DNA of 37,374 nucleotides from Octopus sinensis. Its lineage: Eukaryota. Positions 24,571 through 36,129 of the stretch are shown here, one piece after another (positions within the stretch are counted from its first letter, which is position 1; each line of letters opens with the position of its first letter). The position numbers and the translations under genes are program-made. The stretch is from assembly GCF_006345805.1 (NCBI RefSeq), contig NW_021836090.1, positions 1-37,374 on the forward strand, given 5' to 3'. The notes below the pieces were generated by a model. It saw only the letters and a program-made list of their open reading frames with translations. It made no database searches and was not told the origin of the DNA.

Positions 24571-24731
24571 GTCTTTACGTTCTGAGTTCAAATTCCGCCG
24601 ACGTCGACTTTGCCCCTTCGTTCTTTCAGGGGTTGATAAAGTAAGTACCAGTTGAGAATGGGGGGTCAATATAATCGATTCACACCCCTCTCTTTCAAAC
24701 ATGCCGGCCTTGTGTCAAAACTTGAAACCAT
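24571..24731 (+). mobile_element. SINE family B, tail type 2 (head decayed)
   Basis: GTTCTGAGTTCAAATTCC, core and CCGGCCTTGTGTCAAAACTTGAAACC tail. Confidence 0.8.
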
Positions 24732-24735
24732 CGAA

Positions 24736-25283
24736 GGCGGCGAGCTGACAGAATCGTTAGCACGCCGGGGGAAATGCGTAGCGGTATTTCGTCTGCCGTT
24801 ACGTTCTGAGGTCAAATTCCGCCGAGGTCGACTTTGCCTTTCATCTTTTCGGGGTCGATAAATTAAGAACCAGTTACGCATTGGGGTCGATGTAATCGAC
24901 TTAATACCTATGTCTGTCCTTGTTTGTCTCCTCTATGTTTAGCCCCTTGTGGGTAATAAAGAAATAGGTATTTCGTCTGCCGTTACGTTCTGAGTTCAAA
25001 TTCCGCCGAGGTCGACTTTGCGTTTCATCCTTTCGGGGTCGATAAATTAAGTACCAGTTACGCACTGGGGTCGATTGTCCTCTCTGTGTTTAGCCCCTTG
25101 TGGGTAGTAAAGAAATAGGTATTTCGTCTGCCGTTATGTTCTGAGTTCAAATTCGGCTGAGGTCAACTTTGCCTTTCATCCTTTCAGGGTTGATAAATTA
25201 AGTACCAGTTACGCACTGGGGTCGATGTAATCGACTTAATATCTTTGTCTGTCCTTGTTTGTCCCCTCTATGTTTAGCCCCTT
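24736..25283 (+). mobile_element. Family-B1 SINE trimer: headed unit + two headless units
   Basis: Units at 24736-24969, 24970-25120 (internal deletion) and 25121-25283; junction AAAGAAATAGGT|ATTTCGTC. Confidence 0.92.
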
Positions 25284-25284
25284 T

Positions 25285-25470
25285 AGCGAAATGCTTTACG
25301 ACATTTCGTCCGTCTTTATGTTCTGAGTTCAAATTCCCCCGAGGTTCGACTTTACTCTTGCATTCTTTCAGGCTCGATAAAATAAGTACCAGTTCAGCAC
25401 TTGGGTTAATGTATTTGATTTGCCCTTCTTCCCCAAACATGCCGGCTTTGTGACAAAATTTGAAACCAAT
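25285..25470 (+). mobile_element. SINE family B, tail type 2, diverged
   Basis: Core and GCCGGCTTTGTGACAAAATTTGAAACCAAT tail. Confidence 0.75.
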
Positions 25471-25694
25471 AAACTTGCTTGTATATAATGGCTGCATATC
25501 GAAATACATTGTTCCTACCTGCAATTAGCAACTAAGAATGATTTCAATTCGCTGTGTTGAGATAGATGTCTGCCAAAGAAGAGACGCACATTCTGGCATA
25601 TATCCATAAAGTTTGTAGGGCACTCCAGCCAAACCAGACAATTTGAGACTTGCGCAACCACAGACTACCGATCCGCTATGGCTCTCTCTTTCTC

Positions 25695-25884
25695 TTACTC
25701 ATTACTCTTTTACTTGTTTCAGTCATTTGACTGCGGCCATGCTGAAGCACCGCCTTTAGTCGAAATCAAATCGACCCCAGGACTTATTCTTTGTAAGCCT
25801 AGTACTTATTCTATTGGTCTCTTTTGCCGAACCACTAAGTTACGGGGTCCTAAACACATCAGTATCGGTTGTCAAGCGATGTTG

Positions 25885-25928
<44 letters not shown>

Positions 25929-26097
25929 TATATATATATATACGACGTGCTTCTTTCAGTTTCCGTCTACCAAATCCACTCACAAGGCTTTGGTCGGCTC
26001 GAGTAGAAGACAGTTGCCCAAGGTGCCACGCAGTGGGACTGAACCCGGAACTATGTGGTTGGCAAGCAAGCTACTTACCACAGCCACTCCTGCACCT
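25695..26097 (-). mobile_element. SINE family A
   Basis: Homology with other family-A copies. Confidence 0.9.
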
Positions 26098-26127
26098 AAA
26101 AAATAAAATTACTTTAAATATTGAAGT

Positions 26128-26198
26128 TGCATTGGCTGGGAATCGAACCCGGGCCGCCCGTATGGCAGGCAAGCATTCTACCACTGAACCACCGATGG
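26128..26198 (-). pseudogene. tRNA-Gly(GCC), probably pseudogenised
   Basis: Minus strand CCATCGGTGGTTCAGTGGTAGAATGCTTGCCTGCCATACGGGCGGCCCGGGTTCGATTCCCAGCCAATGCA; intact A/B boxes, anticodon GCC, downstream TTTT; mismatches in acceptor, anticodon and T stems. Confidence 0.88.
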
Positions 26199-26380
26199 CT
26201 TTTGCTTTTTTTTTTTTGGCTACAGCACATCGTTCATGCCGAGATCATCATCAGGTCAGTGAAGCAGGCCTTTAGGATACAACTGTTCTTAGCAGCATGC
26301 CAGTGGAGTCCACCGCTTCTAGTCCACAATTGCTCCTAAACATTTGTGGATAGTGCTGCCGGAACGCTACCTACATCTGA

Positions 26381-26480
26381 CTAGAATCGAATAACCCGTG
26401 ATAGAATCGAATAATCCGTGATAGAATCGAATAACCCGTGATAGAATCGAATAACCCGTGATAGAATTGAATAACCCGTG
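26381..26480. repeat. Five tandem copies of a 20-bp unit ATAGAATCGAATAACCCGTG
   Basis: Exact 20-bp period; 0-1 substitutions per copy. Confidence 0.97.
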
Positions 26481-26739
26481 ATAACACTTCAAAGAAGCTG
26501 ATTGCGCTTTTGTTGTCTCGTTGTGTCTCTGCATGCCTCCGGAATCCACTGAACAGCTTTTGTGCCTTCGTGTCTAAGAACCCATGCTTTAGCTCTGACG
26601 AAGCAACCTTCGTGTTTCGCTGTCGAAGAAATTGTCGAGCGCTGTCGGTCTCGGTGCCGTTTCGAATCGCCTTATCTAATCTGCTGACAAGCTCAAAGAA
26701 AAAAAAAAGTGTCGTTGGTGGTGGCGATGGCATTTATTG

Positions 26740-26742
26740 CTA

Positions 26743-26795
<53 letters not shown>

Positions 26796-26928
26796 GATGA
26801 TGATGATGACGACAATGCTGCTGCTGCTGATGATGATGATGATAATGATGATGATGATGATAATGATGATGATGATTGATGATGATGATGATAATGATGA
26901 TGACGATGTTGATGCTGATGATGATGAA

Positions 26929-26970
<42 letters not shown>

Positions 26971-27381
26971 TTTGGCGATGATGCTGGTGGTGGTGGTGGT
27001 GGTGACGACGATAAATCTGCTGACGATGATTAGTGTCAGTGAGGATGACGATGGTGGTGGAGATGGCGATGATGAAGGTGGTGGTAGTGGTGACGTTGAC
27101 GATGATGCTGTAATCGATGATGATGATGATGATGATGATGCTCACTCTGCTGCTGCTGCTGCTGCTGATGGTGGTGATAGTGATAATGAATATCATAACG
27201 ATGATGGTGGTAGTGATGATGATGATGATGATTATGATAATGATGGTGATGGTAGTGGTGGCTTTAGTGATGATGATGATGATGATGATGATTATGGTGA
27301 TGATGGTGTTGATGATGATGATGGTAGTGGTGGTGGTGGTGGTAGTGATGATGATGATGATGATGATGATGACGATGACGA

Positions 27382-27421
<40 letters not shown>

Positions 27422-27548
27422 ATGGTGATAGTGGTGTTGATGATGATGATGGTAGTGGTGGTGGTGGTAGTGATGATGATGATGATGATGATGGTGGTAG
27501 TGGTGGCTTTAGTGATGATGATGATGATGGTGGTAGTGGTGGCTTTAG

Positions 27549-27580
<32 letters not shown>

Positions 27581-27585
27581 ACGAC
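26740..27585. repeat. (GAT)n/(GGT)n compound trinucleotide tract
   Basis: Visible; gives poly-Met/Asp/Ile pseudo-ORFs. Confidence 0.95.
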
Positions 27586-27719
27586 CATAATGTTGTCCGG
27601 CCAACACCTTAATAATTATGTCATCTAAAGTTGGTGTGATGCACTCAATAAACTCTTCTGTCAATGGCGGTAGCAGATTACGGCGCCGCTCGTGGCCACA
27701 GCATTGTTATTTGCGACGA

Positions 27720-28068
27720 TGTCGTCTGCTAGACTCGCCTAGATGTGTGTGTATACGTAGCTGAATCTGTGTGTGTGTGTGTGTGTGTATACCTGTCTGT
27801 GTATGTATGGGATTGCGTGAGTAATGTCTGCCGTATATGTGTTCGTGTGTTTGTATCTGCGACTGTATCGTCTGCCGTGATGTGTATGCGCTTCTGCGTT
27901 GATTTCATGTGTATGTGTGCGTGAGTATTTTCTGACTAACGTCTGCCTCGATGTGTATATATGTGTGCATATGTGCGTGTGTTGATTTGTGTGTGTGTGT
28001 GTGTGTTTGTGCGTTAATGTGTGTGTGTGTTGTGTGTGAGAGATTGTGTATGTCTGATGTCTGATATG

Positions 28069-28103
<35 letters not shown>

Positions 28104-28460
28104 GTGTTGACTTTTTTGTGGCTGTATCGTCTGCTTTGATGTGTGTGTGTATATGTATGTGTGTATGTGCGTTAATTTGTGTATGTGTTTTGAGTATATG
28201 TGTCCGTGTGTTTGTGACTATCGTCTGCCTTGATTCGTAAATGTGTGTGCCTTTGTGTGAGGTTGTGTATGTATGTATATATGTATGTATGTAGGTATGT
28301 ATGTATGTATGTATGTATGTATGTATGTATGTATGTATATATATATATATATATTATATATATATATAATATATATAGATATATATATATATATATATAT
28401 TATTATACTGTTTTGTGTATATGTGTGTATATGTGTGTGACGATCTCGTCTGCATACAAT
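27720..28460. repeat. Compound (TG)n tract punctuated by recurring GACT(GT)ATCGTCTGCCTTGAT motif
   Basis: Motif at about 27721, 27861, 27934, 28121, 28216, 28439. Confidence 0.7.
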
Positions 28461-28691
28461 AAGTTTGATTACACAGTGACAAATATAGAACGTTCTTAAC
28501 AACCAGTAAATATAACTTATATTGTGTGTGCACGCGTCACAAAGTGTGTGTGAGTGTGCGTGCGTATGTGTGTGTATGTGCGCACGCGTGCCTCCCAGTT
28601 TGTATGTATATATGTATCTAACATTCTCTTTATATTCGTCTGTGTCGGTACGTTTGTTTGTCAGACTGTGTGTGTTTGTGTGTAGATGTAT

Positions 28692-29090
28692 ACTCTTTTT
28701 AATCTTTTACTTGTTTCAGTCATTTGACTGCGGCCATGCTGGAGCACCGCCTTTAGTCGAGCAAATCGACCCCGGGACTTATTCTTTGTAAGCCCAGTAC
28801 TTATTCTATCGGTCTCCTTTTGCCGAACCGCTAAGTGACGGGGACGTAAACAATACTAGGAGGACAAACACAGACACACAAACATATACACACACACTTA
28901 TATATATATATATATATACATATATACGACAGGCTTCTTTCAGTTTCCGTCTACCAAATCCACTCACAAGGCATTGGTCGGCCCGGGGCTATAGCAGAAG
29001 ACACTTGCCCAAGGTGCCACGCAGTGGGACTGAACCCGGAACCATGTGATTGGTAAGCAAGCTACTTACCACACAGCCACGCCTGCGCCT
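28692..29090 (-). mobile_element. SINE family A with short internal deletion
   Basis: Homology with other family-A copies. Confidence 0.9.
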
Positions 29091-29173
29091 ATATGTATGT
29101 ATGTATTTGTGCGTCTGTGTCTGTTCGTTTGAATATGTATGTGTATGCCTGTGCATATGTACGTTTGTGTAGT

Positions 29174-29210
<37 letters not shown>

Positions 29211-29507
29211 ATTTGCGCGTGTCCGTGTGCACATGTATGTGTGTGCTTGTGCATACGTGTTTAGTTATGTGATTTTGCATGTGTGTTATTATGCGTGTGT
29301 GATTGTTGATGTACATATGTATGTGTATGTTATGCATGTATGTCTGTTTGTACGCATATGTCAGTGAGTATTTGTGCGTGTGTGTCTGGTCGTATGCATA
29401 TGTATTCGTGTATTTGTGCTTCCATAGATTTTTATGTATATACATATGTATTTAGATGTGCTTATGTGTGTGTGTTTCTATGTGAGACTGTGTTTATGTA
29501 TGAGTAC

Positions 29508-29889
29508 GGAGGCGCAATGGCCCAGTGGTTAGGGCAGCGGACTCGCGGTCGTAGGATCGCGGTTTCGATTCCCAGACCGGGCGTTGTGAGTGTTTATTGA
29601 GTGAAAACACCTAAAAGCTCCACGAGGCTTTCCGGCAGGGTGATGGTGATCCCTGCTGTATTCTTTCACCACAACTTTCTCTCCACTCTTTACTTCCTGG
29701 TTCTGTTGTACCTGTATTTCAAAGGGCCGGCCTTGTCACTCTCTGTGTCACGCTGAATATCCCCGAGAACTACGTTAAGGGTACACGTGTCTGTGGAGTG
29801 CTCAGCCACCTGCACGTTAATTTCACGAGCAGGCTGTTCCGTTGATCGGATCAACCGGAACCCTCGTCGTCGTACACCGACGGAGTGCA
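29508..29889 (+). mobile_element. SINE family C (tRNA-Arg-like head), full length
   Basis: TGGCCCAGTGGTTAG A-box, GGTTTCGATTCCC B-box, GACTCGCG anticodon-arm-like segment; near-identical to 31174-31551. Confidence 0.9.
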
Positions 29890-30209
29890 TCCATTATGTA
29901 TGAGTCTTTATTTTATTATCTTCTTTTTTTTTTTTTGCTAGGTCCGGAGGAAGAAACAGTGCTTGCAGCTTCTACATTGCCTGTAAGGGCCGATGAGACT
30001 GAGGCCCGTAATATTTCCTTTATAAACTGTTGCAAGCCGGTTGGATACAGGAGTCATGGTTGTTACTCGCTTCACTTTATGTCAATCATTCAAGTGGTTA
30101 TTATTATTTTTTTCTGGATACGATCTAGGACAGCAGTTTGCAACCGTGGCTCCAAAGACAGGACAGCATGCGGCCCACGAGCATCCTCCCGGCGGCCCTC
30201 GACGATCTT

Positions 30210-30580
30210 CCTTCTTTCTTTTACTCTTTTACTTGTTTCAGTCATTTGACTGTGGCCATGCTGGGGCACTGCCTTGAAGAATTTTTGGTCGAATGAATCG
30301 ACTGTAGTCCATTCTTTTTTTTTTTCAAAGCCTAGTACTTATTCAATCGGTCTCTTTTGCTGAGCCGCTATGTTACGGGGACGTGAACACACCAGCACTG
30401 GTTGTCAAGCGATGATGGAGGACAAGCACAGGCCCAAACACACACACACGATGGGCTTCGTTCAGTTTCCGTCTACCAAATCCACTCACAAGCCTTTGGC
30501 AGCCCGAGGCTAATGTAGAAGACGCTTGCTCAAGCTACCACGCAGTGAGATTGAACCCGGAATAGCCACGCCTGCCTCTA
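30210..30580 (-). mobile_element. SINE family A, older variant with deleted head
   Basis: Tail and body homology; head shortened. Confidence 0.8.
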
Positions 30581-30704
30581 TAAATATAATAAATTTCTCT
30601 ACAATTGACTCGTGATTTACTTTGGTTTTTGGTGCGGCCTCCTAAGGAAATGTAGGTTTTGGATCTGACCCGGATATTAAAAATCTTGAGAACTAAAAAT
30701 GTTT

Positions 30705-30925
30705 GCTACCCACAAGGGGCTGAACACAGAGGGGACAAACAAGGACAGACAAAGGGATTTAGTCGATTACATCGACCCAAGTGCGTAACTGGTACTTAAT
30801 TTATCGACCCCGAAAGGATGAAAGGCAAAGTTGACCTCGGCGGAATTTGAACTCAGAACGTAACGGCAGACGAAATACGGCTTCGCATTTCGCCCGGCGT
30901 GCTACCGTTTCTGCCAGCTCGCCGC
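30705..30925 (-). mobile_element. Family-B1 SINE monomer with full head
   Basis: Single headed unit, same body as the arrays. Confidence 0.92.
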
Positions 30926-31173
30926 TGTCTTAGGATGTTGATGTCTGCAATAGCGGTGCCTCCCTAGACATTGGAACAGTTGCAAACTTCCCTGTGGTAT
31001 TAAAGCAGTGGCTGGCTAGAATGTGTGCCACGCGGGGCAACCTTTCAATAAACCACAGCACCTCATCCACCCACCAGGCTCTCAGCCCTATAGGAGCTTG
31101 TACACCAGATCCCAAAAGTGTCAGGATAAAGCGCCCCCTCGAATTTCTCCTTCCTCATCTACACTACTAGTTT

Positions 31174-31551
31174 CAATGGCCCAGGGGTTAGGGCAGCGGA
31201 CTCGCGGTCGTAGGATCGCGGTTTCGATTCCCAGACCGGGCGTTGTGAGTGTTTATTGAGCGAAAACACCTAAAGCTCCACGAGGCTCCGGCAGGGGATG
31301 GTGGTGATCCCTGCTGTACTCTTTCACCACAACTTTCTCTCACTCTTACTTCCTGTTTCTGTTGTACCTGTATTTCAAAGGGCCGGCCTTGTCACTCTCT
31401 GTGTCACGCTGAATATCCCCGAGAACTACGTTAAGGGTACACGTGTCTGTGGAGTGCTCAGCCACTTACACGTTAATTTCACGAGCAGGCTGTTCCGTTG
31501 ATTCGGATCAACCGGAACCCTCGTTGTCGTAACCGACGGAGTGCTTCCACC
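31174..31551 (+). mobile_element. SINE family C with 11-bp target-site duplication
   Basis: ACTAGTTTCAA at 31166-31176 and 31552-31562. Confidence 0.93.
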
Positions 31552-31974
31552 ACTAGTTTCAAGAGAACTTTGTCGAGGGCTTGTATATTAAGGTATAAGA
31601 TATTTTATGGGCTCCGAAGAGACGGGGCAGTCTTTGAGAGACAGTCCTTGTTCAGTGTATTCAATAGTGAGGTTCATCCTTTGGAATGGATGTAAGGATT
31701 CTAGTTGGGTGTTACTCATATTGAAGAGGGGCTGTAGCACGATAACGTTCTACCGATACGTGTTGTGGTCGTGTCTTTTTTCGCTGGTGAAGGACACGAG
31801 ATTCGAGTGATACCATTAGAAAAAAGCTTTATAAGCCTCTGTTCATGATGTCAGTGAGCATATCTATCTATCTATCTATTTTCCTCTTCCCCTTTTTTTC
31901 ATTTCTCTTTTCTTTTGTTCCTTTTCCCTTTTTTTTTATTATTTTATTTTTTGTTCTTTCTTTCCCTTTTACGA

Positions 31975-32109
31975 TCCCTTTTGATCGAAAACCTACGCCA
32001 CCTTTTTTTTTTGTTTCTTTTGTTTTTGTTTTTTTCATCCCCCCAAAGAAAAGCTCTACCTTGTAACTTGTTCCATCTGTGTGCAGCCCTGTGTGGCCAA
32101 TAAAGAAAC

Positions 32110-32180
<71 letters not shown>

Positions 32181-32185
32181 CCTAC

Positions 32186-32267
<82 letters not shown>

Positions 32268-32462
32268 GTCTGTCTATCTGCCTATCTATCTGTCTATCTG
32301 CCTATCTATCTGTCTATCTGCCTATCTATCTGTCTGTCTATCTATCTATCCCTGTTGATCGAAAACCTACCGCCATTTTTTTCTCCCCAAAAAGAAAAGC
32401 TCTACTTTGTAATTTGTTGTAATTTGTCCCGTGTTCAGCCCTGTGTGGCTAATAAAGAAACA

Positions 32463-32557
<95 letters not shown>

Positions 32558-32640
32558 GTATCTATTTATTTATCTATGCGTACATCTGTCTGTCTACCTG
32601 TTTGTCTGTCAGTCTGTTTATCTATCTATCTGTACTTCCG
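31975..32640 (+). repeat. Tandem pair of LINE-like 3' ends, each followed by (ATCT)n
   Basis: TTGATCGAAAACCTAC..AAAAGCTCTAC..CAGCCCTGTGTGGCYAATAAAGAAAC + ATCT tail at about 31977-32350 and 32351-32640. Confidence 0.75.
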
Positions 32641-33089
32641 TCTGTCAGTCTATTTATATATATATATATATATACGCAGAAATAACAACTATGAGAACAC
32701 CGTATACATATATCTATGTCAGCCTATATAAATACTTACGAACTACACAATTGTCGCGTGCGTATACGAATGTATATTGAAAATAAATCGTTTTCTCAAA
32801 TATGTCTGTACACACACACACACACACACACACATGCTGGTCCATATAAATACATATAGACATAAAGACACGGACATAGAGGCGCGTGTGTGTACACGTG
32901 TACATATATATGTATATGTATATAAGCATATGTGTGTGTGAATGTGTGTGTGTGTGAATGTGTGTGTGTGTGTGTGTGTGTGAGCGTGAGTGCGTGTGTG
33001 CAAAGTGTTTTGTTGTGTGTTGTGTTATTGACCGTTGAATACTTTTAAATAGACGAATGTTTGAATAATAACTTATTGTTCGTTCTTTA

Positions 33090-33790
33090 AAGGATATGTT
33101 GGTCTAAGTCGCCATTATCGCGAATGCCGTCGTCGCCGTCGCCGCCGTCAACGTCATTGTCATCATCATCATTACCGTCACCACCACCACCACCACCACC
33201 ACCACCACCACCACCACCACCACCACCACCACCACCAACTGCACCACCACCACCAACTGCACCACCACCACCACCTACAGCACCAGCACCAGCACCAGCA
33301 CCACCACCTGCACCTCCTCCACAACCACCACCACCAGCACCACCACTACCACCAACTGCACCTCCTCCACAACCACCACCACCAGCACCACCATCACCAC
33401 CACCAGCACCACCACGACCACGACCACGACCACGACCACCTGCACCACCAGCACCACCACTTGTACCACCACCACCACCACCATCACCACCACCACCATC
33501 ACCACCACCACCATCACCACACCACCACCACCTGGACAACCACCACCACCACCACCACCACCTGGACCACCACCACCACCACCACCACCACCTAGACCAC
33601 CATCACCACCACCACCACCACCTGGACCACCACCACCACCTGGACCACCACCACCACCACCAACAGTTGTACCACCACCAACTGCACCACCACCAACTGC
33701 ACCACCACCACCTGCACCACCACTACCACCTGTACCACCACAACAACGTGCACCACCAGCCATCCTTTAATTGCTGTCCTCCACCCTACC
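33090..33790. repeat. (CAC)n-based compound tract with CCACCTGGACCAC subunits
   Basis: Visible; gives poly-Pro/His/Gly pseudo-ORFs. Confidence 0.93.
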
Positions 33791-34137
33791 CCCCACCATT
33801 ACCACCACACCATTACTCAGCAAATATGCGATCCCTGTCATTAGTTTTCCCCTCCCGTAATATATGTGTGTTGCAAGATTCCTGATATGCAGCCGTGTGT
33901 TGAAACAGATATTGTTGTATTTCGGGAGGGTCATTTTTCAAATGTTTTAAATGGGTTTTTCCCAGTTGAATCTTTTATATAAAAAATATTTCAATCCAGT
34001 AACTAACTGTAATTGAAACCTGTGTCCATCGTACATTTAAAAAATTTTTCCACGACAAATCAATTTTTATCAGAATCTCCGAATTCTCATTGAAATGCGT
34101 TACAAAGCTTATAATATCATATTTTATAGGTTGAAAG

Positions 34138-34930
34138 GGCGGCGAGCTGGCAGAACCGTTAGCACGCCGGGCGAAATGCTTAGCGGTATTTCGTTTGCCG
34201 CTACGCTCTGAGTTCAAATTCCGCCGATGTCGCCTTTGTCTTTCATCCTTTCGGAGTCGATTAAATAAGTACCAGTTACGCACTGGGGTCGATATAATCG
34301 ACTTAATCCGTTTGTCTGTCCTTGTTTGTCCTCCCTGTGTTTAGCCCCTTGTGGGTAGTAAAGAAATAGGTATTTCGTCTGATGTTACGTTCTGAGTTCA
34401 AATTCCGCCGAGGTCGACTTTGCCTTTCATCCTTTCAGGGTCGATTAAATACGTACCAGTTACGCACTGGGGTCGATATACTCGACTTAATCTCCGTTGT
34501 CTGTCCTTGTTTGTCCTCTCTGTGTGGTTTAGCCCCTGTGGTAGTAAAGAATAGATATAGGTATTTCGTCCGCCGTTACGTTCTGAGTTCAAATTCCGCC
34601 GAGGTCGACTTTGCTTTTCATCCTTTCAGGGTCGATTAATTAAGTACCAGTTACGCACTGGGGTCGATATAATCGATTTAATCCGTTTGTCTGTCCTTGT
34701 TTGTCCTCTCTGTGTTTAGCCCCTTGTGGGTAGTAACGAAATAGATATAGGTATTTCGTCCGCCGTTACGTTCTGAGTTCAAATTCCGCCGAGGTCGACT
34801 TTGCTTTTCATCCTTTCAGGGTCGATTAATTAAGTACCAGTTACGCACTAGGAACGATACAATCGACTTAATCCATTTGTCTGTCCTTGTTTGTCCTCTC
34901 TATGTTTAGCCCCTCGTGGGCAATAAAAAA
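34138..34930 (+). mobile_element. Family-B1 SINE tetramer: headed unit + three headless units
   Basis: Units at 34138-34371, 34372-34562, 34563-34752, 34753-34930; junctions ..ATAGGT|ATTTCGTC. Confidence 0.95.
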
Positions 34931-35510
34931 TTAAATTTTATTGGTTTGAAACATTCCGTTACACTAAAATAACTTCCGGATTGTAAAAGACGACAATTCT
35001 CTAAGAAGACGCAGTTTAATTTGCTTCAGAACTTCCAGAACGAATTTTAAGCAACGATTTCTTATCTCGCCTCTTCTAGCTCAGTAACTGTACACTCTTA
35101 AGATTTCCTTCACAAATTGATAACCGAGACATGGCTTCGGATCTAAATAATCTTGCATCGAAGCTTTTTCATTCAGCTTTTTTTTCTGGTATTTCAACTA
35201 TTAAAACGAGTGAATCAATAAGATTCTTGAAATTATCCAATAATTTGGGCCAAAAAAATTAAAGTAGAAACCTGTTTGAAATTGTTTTTGTTGTTGCATC
35301 ACGTTTTTGTTAACTTCTTTGTACTTCCGGAACGATTTATTTTAAAAAGAGTAAAAAAAAAACCAAAAAGAAAACATGGCTTTTCTTTTCAGATCTAATT
35401 TTTCACTTGAAATTTGGAAAGAAAACTCCGAATTAAAATCTGACTTCACTTTAATGAAAATCTCTAACTTTAGCACTAAACTTTAATAAATAGAATTTTA
35501 CGATACGGAC

Positions 35511-35778
35511 AAGATTATATTTTTTCAAACGTAGAATTGCCGTTAGAACGGCAGAAATACTGAGTAAAATACCCCTTACAAAGTAGGGAAAAAATAAAAC
35601 AGCCACGAAACTCGAACCCACAACCCCTAATACTTCGAACGAGTGGTTTACCATTAAGCTAAACAGACCGTCCGCCAATTTAGACGCTATATAGCTTATT
35701 GGACAGCCACGTGAGGGTAGTTAACCCAGTATTTCTGCTTGTCTAACGGCAAGTTTGCGTTCGAAAAAATACCTTCTT
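35511..35778. mobile_element. MITE-like element with ~58-bp imperfect TIRs enclosing a tRNA-like sequence
   Basis: 35511-35568 vs reverse complement of 35720-35778 share TATTTTTTCRAACG..TTGCCGTTAGA..GCAGAAATACTG; minus-strand TAGCTTAATGGTAA..GGTTCGAGT at 35600-35669. Confidence 0.65.
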
Positions 35779-36129
35779 GTTTGTATCATACAATACACAT
35801 TTCGACGCTTCTAATAAAAAAAATACTCCAAAAAAACCCCCCATATGTTAGTTTGTTTATATTTATACACATATAATAAAAAAGGTACTAAAATCACGCA
35901 AGCCAGTGACTCGATTGCTTTTCGCACAGAAAATAGTAAATAGACACCAAATTTAGTGCAATTTATCAGTAAATTAATAATTATGTTCGTCCGGCGCAGT
36001 AACAATTCTGCCAGTTCGCCGCATTCTACAACAATAAATAATTCTTTCTGCTATGGGTGCAAGGCCTGATATTCCCCAGTCGTACCCTCAGTGTCAGAGC
36101 TGCAGTGTGTGCCGCCCAGGGTAGGCCTT

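Noticed and set aside
26381-26480. CRISPR or coding repeat
   Set aside because: Contiguous 20-bp units without spacers; period is not a multiple of 3.
26595-26640. Hammerhead at CTGACGA..GAAATTGTC
   Set aside because: Stem II does not close next to GAAA and stem I is out of register.
26737-27628. Asp/Met-rich (biomineral- or reflectin-like) protein
   Set aside because: Pure GAT/GGT slippage tract with frame switching; no reflectin motif or signal peptide.
29508-29580. Functional tRNA genes at SINE heads (also 5990, 9113, 31174)
   Set aside because: No acceptor stem or cloverleaf, and they continue into SINE bodies.
30926-31850. LINE ORF2 upstream of the duplicated tail
   Set aside because: No recognisable RT/EN motifs in the frames I translated; left unclassified.
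33124-33885. Pro/His-rich extensin- or formin-like ORF
   Set aside because: CAC-based microsatellite open on both strands; no flanking domain or splice evidence.
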